Below are positions 29,165 to 38,302 of a stretch of 64,000 nt of DNA, in pieces. The stretch's first letter is position 1. Every line of letters begins with the position of its first letter. The stretch is taken from the NCBI GenBank assembly GCA_963756875.1, contig CAVWPA010000003.1, positions 928,001 through 992,000 of the forward strand, written 5' to 3'. This DNA comes from an uncultured Verrucomicrobiae bacterium (GTDB lineage: Bacteria; Verrucomicrobiota; Verrucomicrobiia; Chthoniobacterales; UBA10450). A program made the translations under genes and the position numbers. The notes below the pieces were generated by a model. It was not told the DNA's origin. It did not search any database and was given only the letters and a program-made list of their open reading frames with translations.

Positions 29165-30100
29165 ATGAAGAAGGAAAATTTACCGAAAAAGATTGCGGTG
29201 CTGATGGGCGGACCGAGTTCGGAGCGTGACGTTTCCATGGCAACCGGGCGTGGAATTGCCAAGGCACTTCGTTCGTTAGGCGCCGAAGTCGTTGAGGTGG
29301 ATGTTCGGGACGAGAATTTTCAACTTCCGGCAGATGTCGGGCTTGCATTCATCGCTTTGCATGGAACGTTCGGCGAGGACGGCCAGGTGCAGAAAATTCT
29401 CGAAAACCGCGGCGTCGCATACACCGGCGAAGGTGTGAAGGGGAGCGAACTCGCTTTCGACAAAATTCGGTCGAAGGAAAAATTCCGGGAACGCGGAGTC
29501 ACCACACCAAAATGGGAGGTCGTGCGACCGGGACAACGGCCGACGATTCCCCTTCCAGTTGTGGTGAAAGCGCCGCGGCAGGGATCGACTGTTGGGGTTT
29601 ACATTGTTCGGACCGAGGACGAGCTGGATTCTGCTTTGCGCGACGCCTTGAAATACGATCGCGAGTTGCTGGTAGAAGAGTTTATTCCCGGCCGGGAACT
29701 CACGGTTGGAATTCTGGGCGACCAAACGCTGCCGATCATCGAAATTATTCCCAAGGGCGGCTTTTACGATTTTACAAACAAGTACCCATTTTTGAATCCG
29801 CAGGCCGGGGGCGGTGCCGAGCATGTTTGTCCGGCGAAGATCGAGGCGGAGATGACGAAGCGGATTCAGGAACTCGCAATGAAGGCCCATCGCGCGCTCG
29901 GCCTGGAAGTTTATTCGCGAGTCGATGTCATCTTGCCGGAAAGCGGCGAGCCGACCGTCCTTGAGACGAACACCATTCCAGGAATGACGGAGGCAAGTCT
30001 GCTGCCCGAAGCCGCCGCCGCCGCGGGGATCGGCTACGTCGATCTTTGCTCGCGGATTATCGAGCTCTCACGCGCCAGAATGGAGCGGGCGTCGAAATGA
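29165..30100 (+). CDS. ddl: D-alanine-D-alanine ligase
   Basis: GGPSSERDVS, LHGTFGEDG, FYDFTNKY, ETNTIPGMT. Confidence 0.95.
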   Translation: MKKENLPKKIAVLMGGPSSERDVSMATGRGIAKALRSLGAEVVEVDVRDENFQLPADVGLAFIALHGTFGEDGQVQKILENRGVAYTGEGVKGSELAFDKIRSKEKFRERGVTTPKWEVVRPGQRPTIPLPVVVKAPRQGSTVGVYIVRTEDELDSALRDALKYDRELLVEEFIPGRELTVGILGDQTLPIIEIIPKGGFYDFTNKYPFLNPQAGGGAEHVCPAKIEAEMTKRIQELAMKAHRALGLEVYSRVDVILPESGEPTVLETNTIPGMTEASLLPEAAAAAGIGYVDLCSRIIELSRARMERASK

Positions 30101-31179
30101 AACGCGTGCAACAGCGACCCCGCGCGCGGAACGAGCGTTTTTCGAACCGGCGCCAGCGTCGTCAGCAGCATTTGCTCGACGTGAAGGTGCGCTCTCGCAA
30201 AGCCGTCCAACATCGGAACCGCCGGGTCCTGGTCTTTTTGTCGAAGATCGCGCTGGTCATCGCGCTCGGTGCCGGCATTTACGTGGGCATATACGAAGGA
30301 GCGAAGCGCCTGCTCTTCGAAAACCCGGATTATCGACTGCGCGTGATCGATACGCAGACAGATGGTACCCTGCAGCGCGAGCAGATTTTGCAAACCACCG
30401 GGTTACACGAAGGCGAAAATATTTTCCGCGTGAACCTGTCCGAGGTTCACGATTTATTGCAACAATTGCCGCAGGTGGACGAAGTGCAGATCGTCCGGAA
30501 ATTGCCGGGAGAGGTCGACATCAGGATTACGGAGCGCAAACCGGTTGCCTGGATCACGAGCGAAAAAGAAATCGCCGACCCATTTGCGTCGGACGCCGCT
30601 TTTCTGGTGGACGCGCGCGGCATTTTGATGAAGGAGAAGAAATTGCTGCCGGAATATCTGGGATTGCCATTCATTCTGGGGTGCTCGGACGAGTCGTTCG
30701 AGGCGGGAAAAGTTGTCGAATCGTTTGAAGCAAAAGCGGCGTTGGAGCTGTTGCGGTTAAGCGCGCGTAGCTTTATGCAGACGCGCTTTCAAATTCGTGA
30801 GATCGACGCCTCAAAGGGTTATTGCCTTGTGGTGACCGACAAGAACCACACACGGGTCACTTTCGGTTTCGACAATCTCGAAACTCAATTGCAGCGCCTC
30901 GAACAATTTCTAATTTACTCGGACGACTCGAGGCAGGAGCTGGCAACTGTCAATCTGCTGGTGCAGCGCAACATTCCAGTCACGTTCGCAAAGCCGCCGG
31001 CGGATGTGATCAACGATACAATCAAGCCGGAGGAAACGCCGCGCATAATGAAAGCGGTCCCGGTACATCACAAGACAACAGCCGCTCCGCCGAAATCGCA
31101 CCCCAGAGCAACCCCGTTGCCGGTCCGCCGGGCGATTCCGGTTCAGCAGTTCAAGAAGGAGAAGAAGAATGGGCAATAG
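30097..31179 (+). CDS. ftsQ: FtsQ/DivIB POTRA-domain protein
   Basis: Basic N-terminus, transmembrane helix, POTRA domain ending RKLPGEVDIRITERKPVA; located between ddl and ftsA. Confidence 0.85.
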   Translation: MKRVQQRPRARNERFSNRRQRRQQHLLDVKVRSRKAVQHRNRRVLVFLSKIALVIALGAGIYVGIYEGAKRLLFENPDYRLRVIDTQTDGTLQREQILQTTGLHEGENIFRVNLSEVHDLLQQLPQVDEVQIVRKLPGEVDIRITERKPVAWITSEKEIADPFASDAAFLVDARGILMKEKKLLPEYLGLPFILGCSDESFEAGKVVESFEAKAALELLRLSARSFMQTRFQIREIDASKGYCLVVTDKNHTRVTFGFDNLETQLQRLEQFLIYSDDSRQELATVNLLVQRNIPVTFAKPPADVINDTIKPEETPRIMKAVPVHHKTTAAPPKSHPRATPLPVRRAIPVQQFKKEKKNGQ

Positions 31180-32377
31180 CGATTTAATGGTCGGTCTCGA
31201 GATAGGAACTTCGAAAATTTGCGTCGTAGTCGGAGAAAGCCGGCCTGATGGAACAACCAAAATTCTCGGCGTAGGCCAGGCGCCGTCGCGCGGCGTGCGC
31301 AAGGGAGAAATCGTCGATTTTGAAACGGCGATGAAATGCGTGCACGAAGCCGTGGTCGATGCCGAGCAGAAAAGCGATGTCATGATTCGCAGCGTCTATG
31401 TGTCGGTGGCCGGTTCGCACATCCAAAGCTTCAATAATCGCGGCTGCGTCACGGTACCGGAAGATCGGGACGAAATCGACGAGCAGGACATCGAAGATGT
31501 GAAAATTAGCGCGCGGGAGGTCAGCATTCCCGCGCAGAACGCCTTTCTGCATTCGATCATCCAGCATTACCACGTCGATGGCCAAAACGGCGTGCTCAAT
31601 CCGGTCGGCATGCTCGGTCAAAAACTGGAGGCCGATTTTCACATTATCCACGGGGTGCGGACGCGAATTCAAAACACGATCCGCTGCGTGAAGGAATTAC
31701 CGCTGGAGGTCGAGGACGTGGTGTTCGGCGCGCTTGCTTCGGCGCAGGTCGTGTTGACTCAGCATCAGAAGAATCTTGGCGCCCTGGTTATCGACATGGG
31801 TGGTGGCACAACCGACTACATTCTTTATGTGGATGGAGCGGTGAAACAAAGCGGCGTGCTCGGCGTCGGTGGCGACCACATCACCAACGATATTTCGATG
31901 GGATTGCGCATTCCCATGACGCGCGCGGAGAAACTGAAGGTTGAGGAAGGCGGCTGTGTTCTTGGAAATTGTCTGCCCGGCGAGACGATTTTGCTAAAAG
32001 ACGATTCCGGTTTTGCCGGAAAAGAAGTCGAACGCGAGACGCTCAACACAATCGTTCACCTGCGCGTTCGCGAAATCCTCGAGCTCCTGAAGCGGCAGCT
32101 CGAGGAGGAATCGTTCATTAACTATATCGGGGCGGGCATTTTCATCACTGGCGGGTGCAGCCTGCTCAATGGCATTCAACATCTCGCTCAGGAAGTTTTT
32201 GAAATGCCGGCCCACGTCGCGCATGCCCAGACCATGTCCGGGCTGACCAGCGCCTTTGAGAATCCTCAGTTTTCAACCGCGATTGGCCTTATCAAATACG
32301 CGCAGGCGGTCCAGGCGGACCGGCCACGACGAGGGCTGGGCCGGTTATTCGGCAGATTTTTTAGCGGCATGCGATGA
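31169..32377 (+). CDS. ftsA: Cell division protein FtsA
   Basis: GLEIGTSKI, DMGGGTT, GGDHITNDI, TGG; C-terminal amphipathic helix. Confidence 0.96.
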   Translation: MGNSDLMVGLEIGTSKICVVVGESRPDGTTKILGVGQAPSRGVRKGEIVDFETAMKCVHEAVVDAEQKSDVMIRSVYVSVAGSHIQSFNNRGCVTVPEDRDEIDEQDIEDVKISAREVSIPAQNAFLHSIIQHYHVDGQNGVLNPVGMLGQKLEADFHIIHGVRTRIQNTIRCVKELPLEVEDVVFGALASAQVVLTQHQKNLGALVIDMGGGTTDYILYVDGAVKQSGVLGVGGDHITNDISMGLRIPMTRAEKLKVEEGGCVLGNCLPGETILLKDDSGFAGKEVERETLNTIVHLRVREILELLKRQLEEESFINYIGAGIFITGGCSLLNGIQHLAQEVFEMPAHVAHAQTMSGLTSAFENPQFSTAIGLIKYAQAVQADRPRRGLGRLFGRFFSGMR

Positions 32378-32426
32378 CAAAAAGCGGCCGCGATGACAGG
32401 AACCAACATCGACAAGGAAGTGATAA

Positions 32427-33884
32427 ATGATTCAGCTTAGTCACAACTACACTTTGCCGGAACGCCACGAAGAAAATATTCCCATCAAAGTCGTCGGCGT
32501 TGGCGGCGCGGGAATTAACGCGCTGGATCGGGTCGTGCTGGACGGTATGGACAAGGGGGACCTCATCGCCATCAACACCGATGTGCAGTCGCTCGCCAGC
32601 TCGGTCGCGGCGCGCAAGGTGCAGCTTGGGCGTTCCATTAGCCGCGGTCTCGGCGCGGGCGGCGACCCCGAATTGGGCTACCAGGCCGCTCTGGAGTCGG
32701 CCGAGGAGATCCGGCAGGCTTTGACCGGTGCGCGCATGATTTTTATCTGCGTCGGACTCGGAGGAGGCACCGGTTCGGGCGCCGCATCCGTGGTCGCGCA
32801 GCTCGCCCGCGAGCATGGCGGCCTGGTCATCGCATTCGCCACACTTCCTTTTTCGTTCGAGGGCAAACGTCGGGCCGCTCAGGCGCAGGAGGCGCTCGCG
32901 CGACTGAACGAAGTTGCAAACGCGGTCATTTGTTTTGAAAACGATCGCATGGGCGACATGGTTGCGCCGAAAGCAGGGATCCATCAGGCGTTTGCCGTCG
33001 CCGACATGACGATCAGCCAAAGCGTGCGCTCAATCGTCAATTTGATCCAGCGGCCGGGCCTGATCCGAGTCGGGTTCGACGATTTGCTCGCAACATTGCG
33101 CGGCCATTCCGGGCGTTGCGTGTTTGGTTTCGGCGAATCCGATTCGGATAATCGCGCCCACGACGCGCTGAAACAGGCGCTGAAGAATCCTTTGATGGAT
33201 AAAGGGAAAATGCTGGGAGAGGCGGCAAATGTTCTTGTTCAGGTGGCCGGCGGCCCTGGCATGACATTGTCCGAAGTCGAGATCCTGATGCAGGAACTGG
33301 GACGCCACGTCCGCGATCACACTCAGATTCTTTTTGGAACAGCCGTCGATGGACGGATGGGAAATCGCCTTAGCGTCACAATCATCAGCTCGCTCGGTGA
33401 GGAGGGCGAAATCCTCGCGGAAGCGGCTTCTTCGGTGGCGAGCGAGCCGTTTTTGCCGCCGCCTCCGCCGATTTCGGAGGAACCTCAGGAAATCTCGCCG
33501 CCCGAGGTCAAGCTCGCATCTGATAGCTCCGGCGAGACCGGCTCCTCCAATGGCGGGCCGGAGCCTGCAAACGTCGAAACGATTCCAATTTCGGAGGATT
33601 TGATTCCGCCAGACGAGCCAGCACCTATTGAATCGGCGCCTCCGAAACCAAAACAGGAGATGAAAAAGCCTGTTCCGGCGGCCCGGCTGATTCCGCCGAA
33701 GAAAAGGCCGCTCCCGATAAAGGAGCCGAAACCGCCGGCAGAAAAATATGTGCAGGCCAAACAGGAGATCCTCCAATTTGAGCCGGTTACTCGGGGCCGC
33801 TTTGAAAAAAGCGAACCGACCATCGTCGAAGGTCAGGATCTTGATATCCCGACTTTCTTGCGGAAGAACATCAAGGTGAAGTAA
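32427..33884 (+). CDS. ftsZ: Cell division protein FtsZ (divergent T7 loop, long linker)
   Basis: GVGGAG, NTD, GLGAG, GGGTGSG, PFSFEG, C-terminal DLDIPTFLRK. Confidence 0.95.
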   Translation: MIQLSHNYTLPERHEENIPIKVVGVGGAGINALDRVVLDGMDKGDLIAINTDVQSLASSVAARKVQLGRSISRGLGAGGDPELGYQAALESAEEIRQALTGARMIFICVGLGGGTGSGAASVVAQLAREHGGLVIAFATLPFSFEGKRRAAQAQEALARLNEVANAVICFENDRMGDMVAPKAGIHQAFAVADMTISQSVRSIVNLIQRPGLIRVGFDDLLATLRGHSGRCVFGFGESDSDNRAHDALKQALKNPLMDKGKMLGEAANVLVQVAGGPGMTLSEVEILMQELGRHVRDHTQILFGTAVDGRMGNRLSVTIISSLGEEGEILAEAASSVASEPFLPPPPPISEEPQEISPPEVKLASDSSGETGSSNGGPEPANVETIPISEDLIPPDEPAPIESAPPKPKQEMKKPVPAARLIPPKKRPLPIKEPKPPAEKYVQAKQEILQFEPVTRGRFEKSEPTIVEGQDLDIPTFLRKNIKVK

Positions 33885-34031
33885 AGAGGCGTCGACCCCG
33901 CGGCGACGTTCTCGACGAGTCTTACTCAAGATCCTGAGCTTCAGCGATTTAGGCGACAGCGTGTTCTCGGCATTGGATTACAAACCGCGCCGCATAACCC
34001 TTCTCTTTGGCATGTTTCATGATGTGTTGTT

Positions 34032-34499
34032 ATGGAAATTATGCGCCGCACCTCTGCGTTCACACTGGTTGAGATCATGATCGTTGTCGCGATCATTGCT
34101 TTGCTTGCTGCGATGGCCCTTCCATCGTTTCTCCGCGCCCGGGAGCGAGCGAAGGACGCCAAATTCATGAATGCGCTGCGGATCGCAACAGATGCCTTCC
34201 AGATGTATGCCATGGAGAACAACACCTATCCGGCCGATGCGAATCGCGCTGTCGTGCCGGCCGGGATGGCCTTGTATTTTGGACCGACCCTCGACTGGAC
34301 AAAGCCCACTCCAATTGGTGGCGATTGGGACTGGGACTATCACGTTTTTGGTTTCACTGCTGGCGTTTCCGTCATTGCCTCGCCGGTGGACGCGACACAA
34401 CTGACGGAGGTCGATGCAAAAATTGACGACGGCGACCTGTCCAGCGGCGCTTTCAAAAGCACAGCTGGAGACCGCTACACCTCTATCATTGAGCAATAG
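34032..34499 (+). CDS. Type IV pilin/pseudopilin
   Basis: Class III signal RRTSA|FTLVEIMIVVAIIALLAAMALP. Confidence 0.88.
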   Translation: MEIMRRTSAFTLVEIMIVVAIIALLAAMALPSFLRARERAKDAKFMNALRIATDAFQMYAMENNTYPADANRAVVPAGMALYFGPTLDWTKPTPIGGDWDWDYHVFGFTAGVSVIASPVDATQLTEVDAKIDDGDLSSGAFKSTAGDRYTSIIEQ

Positions 34500-34511
34500 G
34501 CGCAGAGCAGC

Positions 34512-35864
34512 CTATCCCTGTTTCTTCAACAGCTCGAGCACTGCGCTCGTCATTCCGACAATGCCAATGCGGATAGTCGGTTCAGGCACGGGAGCAAATT
34601 TGCTCGAATGCAGACTGGGCAACTCTTTCCCCTCTTTTTTAAACCTGGCAATTTTTGCCGGATCGACTGCACCCAGCCAGAAGTCGCACGCCGGAATGGA
34701 ATGGTCGGGCAAACTGTATTCGGAAAAATCTTCGGCAGCCATCGTCGGCTGGGTTGCTTCCACGTTGTCCGGGCCGAGTTGCTTTTTCCACACGCCCACC
34801 AGCCGCTTTGTTAACTCCGGGTTGTTATAGGTAGCGGGCGTAAACTCCTCTTTCAACTCATTGACGATCGGTGCGAGGTCGGGGGGGATTCCCGCCGCCA
34901 CCGCGCAACCTTTCGCGATCCGATCGATCGCCGCCAGCACACGATCGCGCACATCCGGTTTGTAAGTGCGTACCGTGAGCTGCATTTTAACCTCGTCGGG
35001 GATAATATTGCGCTTGGTCCCGCCTTGAATCGATCCCACCGTTACCACGATTGGATCGACCGGATTAATCTCACGACTGGCGATGGTTTGCAGTGTGTTG
35101 ATGATTTCGGCCGAGAGGACAATCGGATCCTTCGTCTTATGCGGATAGGCGCCGTGGCCCCCGATTCCGCGCACCGTGATGTCGACGGAGTCGACGCTTG
35201 CGTAAGTGTAACCTTGGCAGACGCCGATGTGGCCGGTGGGCATTTGCGCGTTGTCATGATATCCCAGCGCGAAGTTGGGTTTGCCGAACCGATTGTAAAG
35301 GCCGCCCTTGAGCAGGGCACGCGCGCCGCCGACAGTCTCTTCCGCCGGTTGCGCGACAAACATAACGGTGCCCTGCCATTGGTCTTTCAGGCGCTGTAAC
35401 GCCCGCGCGGTTCCGATAAACGCGGCCATGTGTGCGTCGTGCCCGCATGCGTGCATGACATGCACTTCTTTCCGTTCGTCATTCTTCGTCACTACTGTGC
35501 TGGCGTAAGGCAGCCCGGTTTCTTCCTCTACCGGCAGCGCATCCATGTCGGTGCGCACGAGCACGGTCGGGCCGTCGCCGTTCTTCATGATCCCGATCAC
35601 GCCATAACATTTGAGCTTCGGATTGTCGTACTTGCCGAAATTCTCGGTTACGTCGCAGCCGACCGCGCGCAATTCCTTCGCAATCAGCGCCGAAGTCCGC
35701 TGTTCGTGTGCGGACAATTCAGGGTGGCTGTGGATGTCTTTGTAGATCGCCAGCAGCGAGGGAAGTTCACTGTCAGCAGTGTTTTCAACCGCTGATTGCT
35801 GCGCGACGGCCGGCGCCGCGCAGAAGATCGAAAACCAAAGGATCGACAAGAGGCAGGTTCTCAT
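34512..35864 (-). CDS. Secreted M20 (HipO/AbgB-like) amidohydrolase
   Basis: HSHPELS, RTDMDALP, MHACGHD, QPAEE, GGHGAYPH, AEDF, LHS; signal peptide. Confidence 0.92.
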   Translation of the reverse strand: MRTCLLSILWFSIFCAAPAVAQQSAVENTADSELPSLLAIYKDIHSHPELSAHEQRTSALIAKELRAVGCDVTENFGKYDNPKLKCYGVIGIMKNGDGPTVLVRTDMDALPVEEETGLPYASTVVTKNDERKEVHVMHACGHDAHMAAFIGTARALQRLKDQWQGTVMFVAQPAEETVGGARALLKGGLYNRFGKPNFALGYHDNAQMPTGHIGVCQGYTYASVDSVDITVRGIGGHGAYPHKTKDPIVLSAEIINTLQTIASREINPVDPIVVTVGSIQGGTKRNIIPDEVKMQLTVRTYKPDVRDRVLAAIDRIAKGCAVAAGIPPDLAPIVNELKEEFTPATYNNPELTKRLVGVWKKQLGPDNVEATQPTMAAEDFSEYSLPDHSIPACDFWLGAVDPAKIARFKKEGKELPSLHSSKFAPVPEPTIRIGIVGMTSAVLELLKKQG

Positions 35865-35994
35865 TCGCTAGTTATAACAGATAGTTTCGTGAAGCGCACG
35901 TGCGCTACCACATCATTTATCACTTCTCGCAAAGTCGCTCGCGCGCGTTGTCGCACCGCGGTTGAAATGCGAAGATCAGGAGGATCCTGTTACC

Positions 35995-38262
35995 GTGGAA
36001 TTCGAAAAAAATACCATTCTTTTTGGCGCTGATGCCACGGCGTGCATTGTCGCAGTTGAACTCGGCGAGACGGGCACCGTGAAGGTTCATCGCCGCGAAG
36101 AGGATGGATCGACCATTGCCGAGGTTGAGCCGTTTCATCCATTTGTCTGGGTCGATTCCGATGCGGCCGATCTTGGCTATGAAAATGCGCAAAAACTCGA
36201 AGGCGATCTGAGATATGACTGGTTGATTACCGTTGATAGCTGGAAGGAACTGATCGCGCTGCGCAATGGACTAAAGAAAGCCGGTCGCGCTTTTTTTGCC
36301 TTCTCCGATCCAATCCAGCATTATCTCACCGCAACTGGGCGGACGTTGTTCAAAGGCCTGCCGTTCGAAAAGCTCAAGCGAATGCAGCTTGAGGTGCTTT
36401 CGCGTGAACCCGGGACCATCGGTCCCGATGACGCCGACCATCTTATGGGGATCGCGCTTTCCGATAATACGGGCTGGGAGGAGCTGATCCGCGTCGATCT
36501 CAAAAATGTCGAAGAATCGGAGCACGCGGCGATCAAGCGGCTGACGAGTCTTATCAAGGAGCGCGACCCGGACGTGATCGAGGGGCACAATTTGTTTCGG
36601 TCTACTCTGCCATATCTGGTTTTGCGCGCCAAAAGGTTGAAAACAAAGCTCGATTGGGGACGAAGCGGAGGTTTCCTGCGATCGCGCCCTTCGCGGCTGC
36701 AAATTGCCGAAAAGACCATTGATTATCCGAAGTTCGCGATCGACGGGCGCCACTTCGTCGACACGTTTCTGCTCGCGCAATTTTACGATATCGGCATGCG
36801 TTCGCTTGCCGGCTTCGAGCGGATCGATGTCGCGCGTCATTTTGGGTTTTGCGAGAGCGAAGAGCTTTCCATGCTTGCGGGCAAGGAATTAGAGCGGGCC
36901 TACAGGAGTGGGGACGATCGCTTTTGCAAGCGTGCGCTGTGCGCGGCGCGCGAAACCCGGGCCATCGCGGATCTGCTCAGTCCAAGCTACTTCATCCAGG
37001 CGCAGATTTTCCCGTACAATTACCAGGACGTGATCGTTCGCGGCAACGCCACGCGTATTAATGCTCTCTTTCTGCGGGAATACTTTCGGCAACGGCATTC
37101 GATCCCTGAGATGCCGATGGTGCGCGCGTTCGAAGGTGGTTATACAGACATATTCTTTACCGGCGTCGCGCACAACGTCTGGCATTGCGACGTCGCCTCT
37201 CTTTATCCGTCGATTATGCTGCAGTTCGATTGTTTTCCCGCAACCGACCAGCTGCAAATCTTCCGGCATTTGCTTACCGATCTCCGCACGTTTCGATTGG
37301 AAACAAAGAACGAAATGCGGAATGCGGAGAAGGAAAGCAACCAGTGGCATCATCTCCAGGCGCTGCAGAACACATTCAAGATCCTGATCAACAGCTTCTA
37401 CGGCTATCTTGGCTTCGCTCAGGGACATTTCGCCGATTTCGATGCGGCCGCCCGCGTCACGCAAATCGGACGGGAATTGTTGAAGAAGATGATCGACTGG
37501 CTCGATGCCGAGGGCGCGAGGGTAATTGAGGTCGATACCGACGGAATTTATTTTGTCCCACCTTCTTCGGCGTCTTCTGTAAAGGCAGGCGTGTCGCCTG
37601 CAAAGACCCAAACCAAAGCAGCCGACACGGCTGCCGCTACAGCAGAGGAGATCGACGCGTTGCATGCGGGCCTGGCGAGGGAATTGCCGCCCGGGATCGA
37701 GGTCGAATTTGATGAGCAATTCGAGGCGATGTTCAGCTACAAGGCGAAAAATTACGCTCTCCTGACGAAAGATGGCGAAGTCGTCATTAAAGGCGGCGCA
37801 CTAAAATCGCGTGGACTGGAGAAGTTCCAGCGCGTTTTTCTTGAGGAGATGATCAAGCTGATTATGGAAGGCAAACCCGGCGCAATTGCCGATCTACGGG
37901 ACCGGTTCGACCAAAAAATCCGCGGCCGCGAATGGAGCATCGACATGTTGATGAAGACCGACACGCTGCAGGATTCGCTGGAGAAGTATCGCGCGAAAAT
38001 TGCCGGTTCGGCTCGAAACCGCGCGGCGGCTTATGAACTAGCGCTTGCTAGCGGCCGCGATTACAAGCCCGGGGATCAGGTGAGTTATTACATCAAGGCG
38101 ACGCCAAAAAAGGTGGCGGCGTACGAGGCCGCCAAACTCGCGGGAGAGTTCGATCCGCAAAATCGCGACGAAAATATCGATTATTACGTCGCCAAGCTGG
38201 ATGAACTCGTAAAAAAATTCGCGTCGACGATTCCCACAGATACCCAGGCGGAACTGTTATAG
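35995..38262 (+). CDS. polB: Family B DNA polymerase with degenerate 3'-5' exonuclease
   Basis: DVASLYPSI, KILINSFYG, DTDG, KNY, clamp-like C-terminal QAELL; GTG start after AGGAGG. Confidence 0.92.
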   Translation: MEFEKNTILFGADATACIVAVELGETGTVKVHRREEDGSTIAEVEPFHPFVWVDSDAADLGYENAQKLEGDLRYDWLITVDSWKELIALRNGLKKAGRAFFAFSDPIQHYLTATGRTLFKGLPFEKLKRMQLEVLSREPGTIGPDDADHLMGIALSDNTGWEELIRVDLKNVEESEHAAIKRLTSLIKERDPDVIEGHNLFRSTLPYLVLRAKRLKTKLDWGRSGGFLRSRPSRLQIAEKTIDYPKFAIDGRHFVDTFLLAQFYDIGMRSLAGFERIDVARHFGFCESEELSMLAGKELERAYRSGDDRFCKRALCAARETRAIADLLSPSYFIQAQIFPYNYQDVIVRGNATRINALFLREYFRQRHSIPEMPMVRAFEGGYTDIFFTGVAHNVWHCDVASLYPSIMLQFDCFPATDQLQIFRHLLTDLRTFRLETKNEMRNAEKESNQWHHLQALQNTFKILINSFYGYLGFAQGHFADFDAAARVTQIGRELLKKMIDWLDAEGARVIEVDTDGIYFVPPSSASSVKAGVSPAKTQTKAADTAAATAEEIDALHAGLARELPPGIEVEFDEQFEAMFSYKAKNYALLTKDGEVVIKGGALKSRGLEKFQRVFLEEMIKLIMEGKPGAIADLRDRFDQKIRGREWSIDMLMKTDTLQDSLEKYRAKIAGSARNRAAAYELALASGRDYKPGDQVSYYIKATPKKVAAYEAAKLAGEFDPQNRDENIDYYVAKLDELVKKFASTIPTDTQAELL
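37577..37642. repeat. 66-bp GTAG-type REP doublet inserted in frame in polB
   Basis: ctgta...tacag ends; hairpins gcaggcgtgtcgcctgc and gcagccgacacggctgc in inverted orientation. Confidence 0.8.
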
Positions 38263-38302
38263 CGATTATGCGGACGTGTTCTCTTGGCTCCTACGGCGTG
38301 CG

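Noticed and set aside
35865..35994. LexA box upstream of polB
   Set aside because: No TGTTC-N4-GAACA match seen; nearest look-alikes have the wrong spacing
35995..38262. PolB as a phage, casposon or pipolin gene
   Set aside because: Flanked by ordinary metabolic genes; no integrase or cas1 and no terminal repeats
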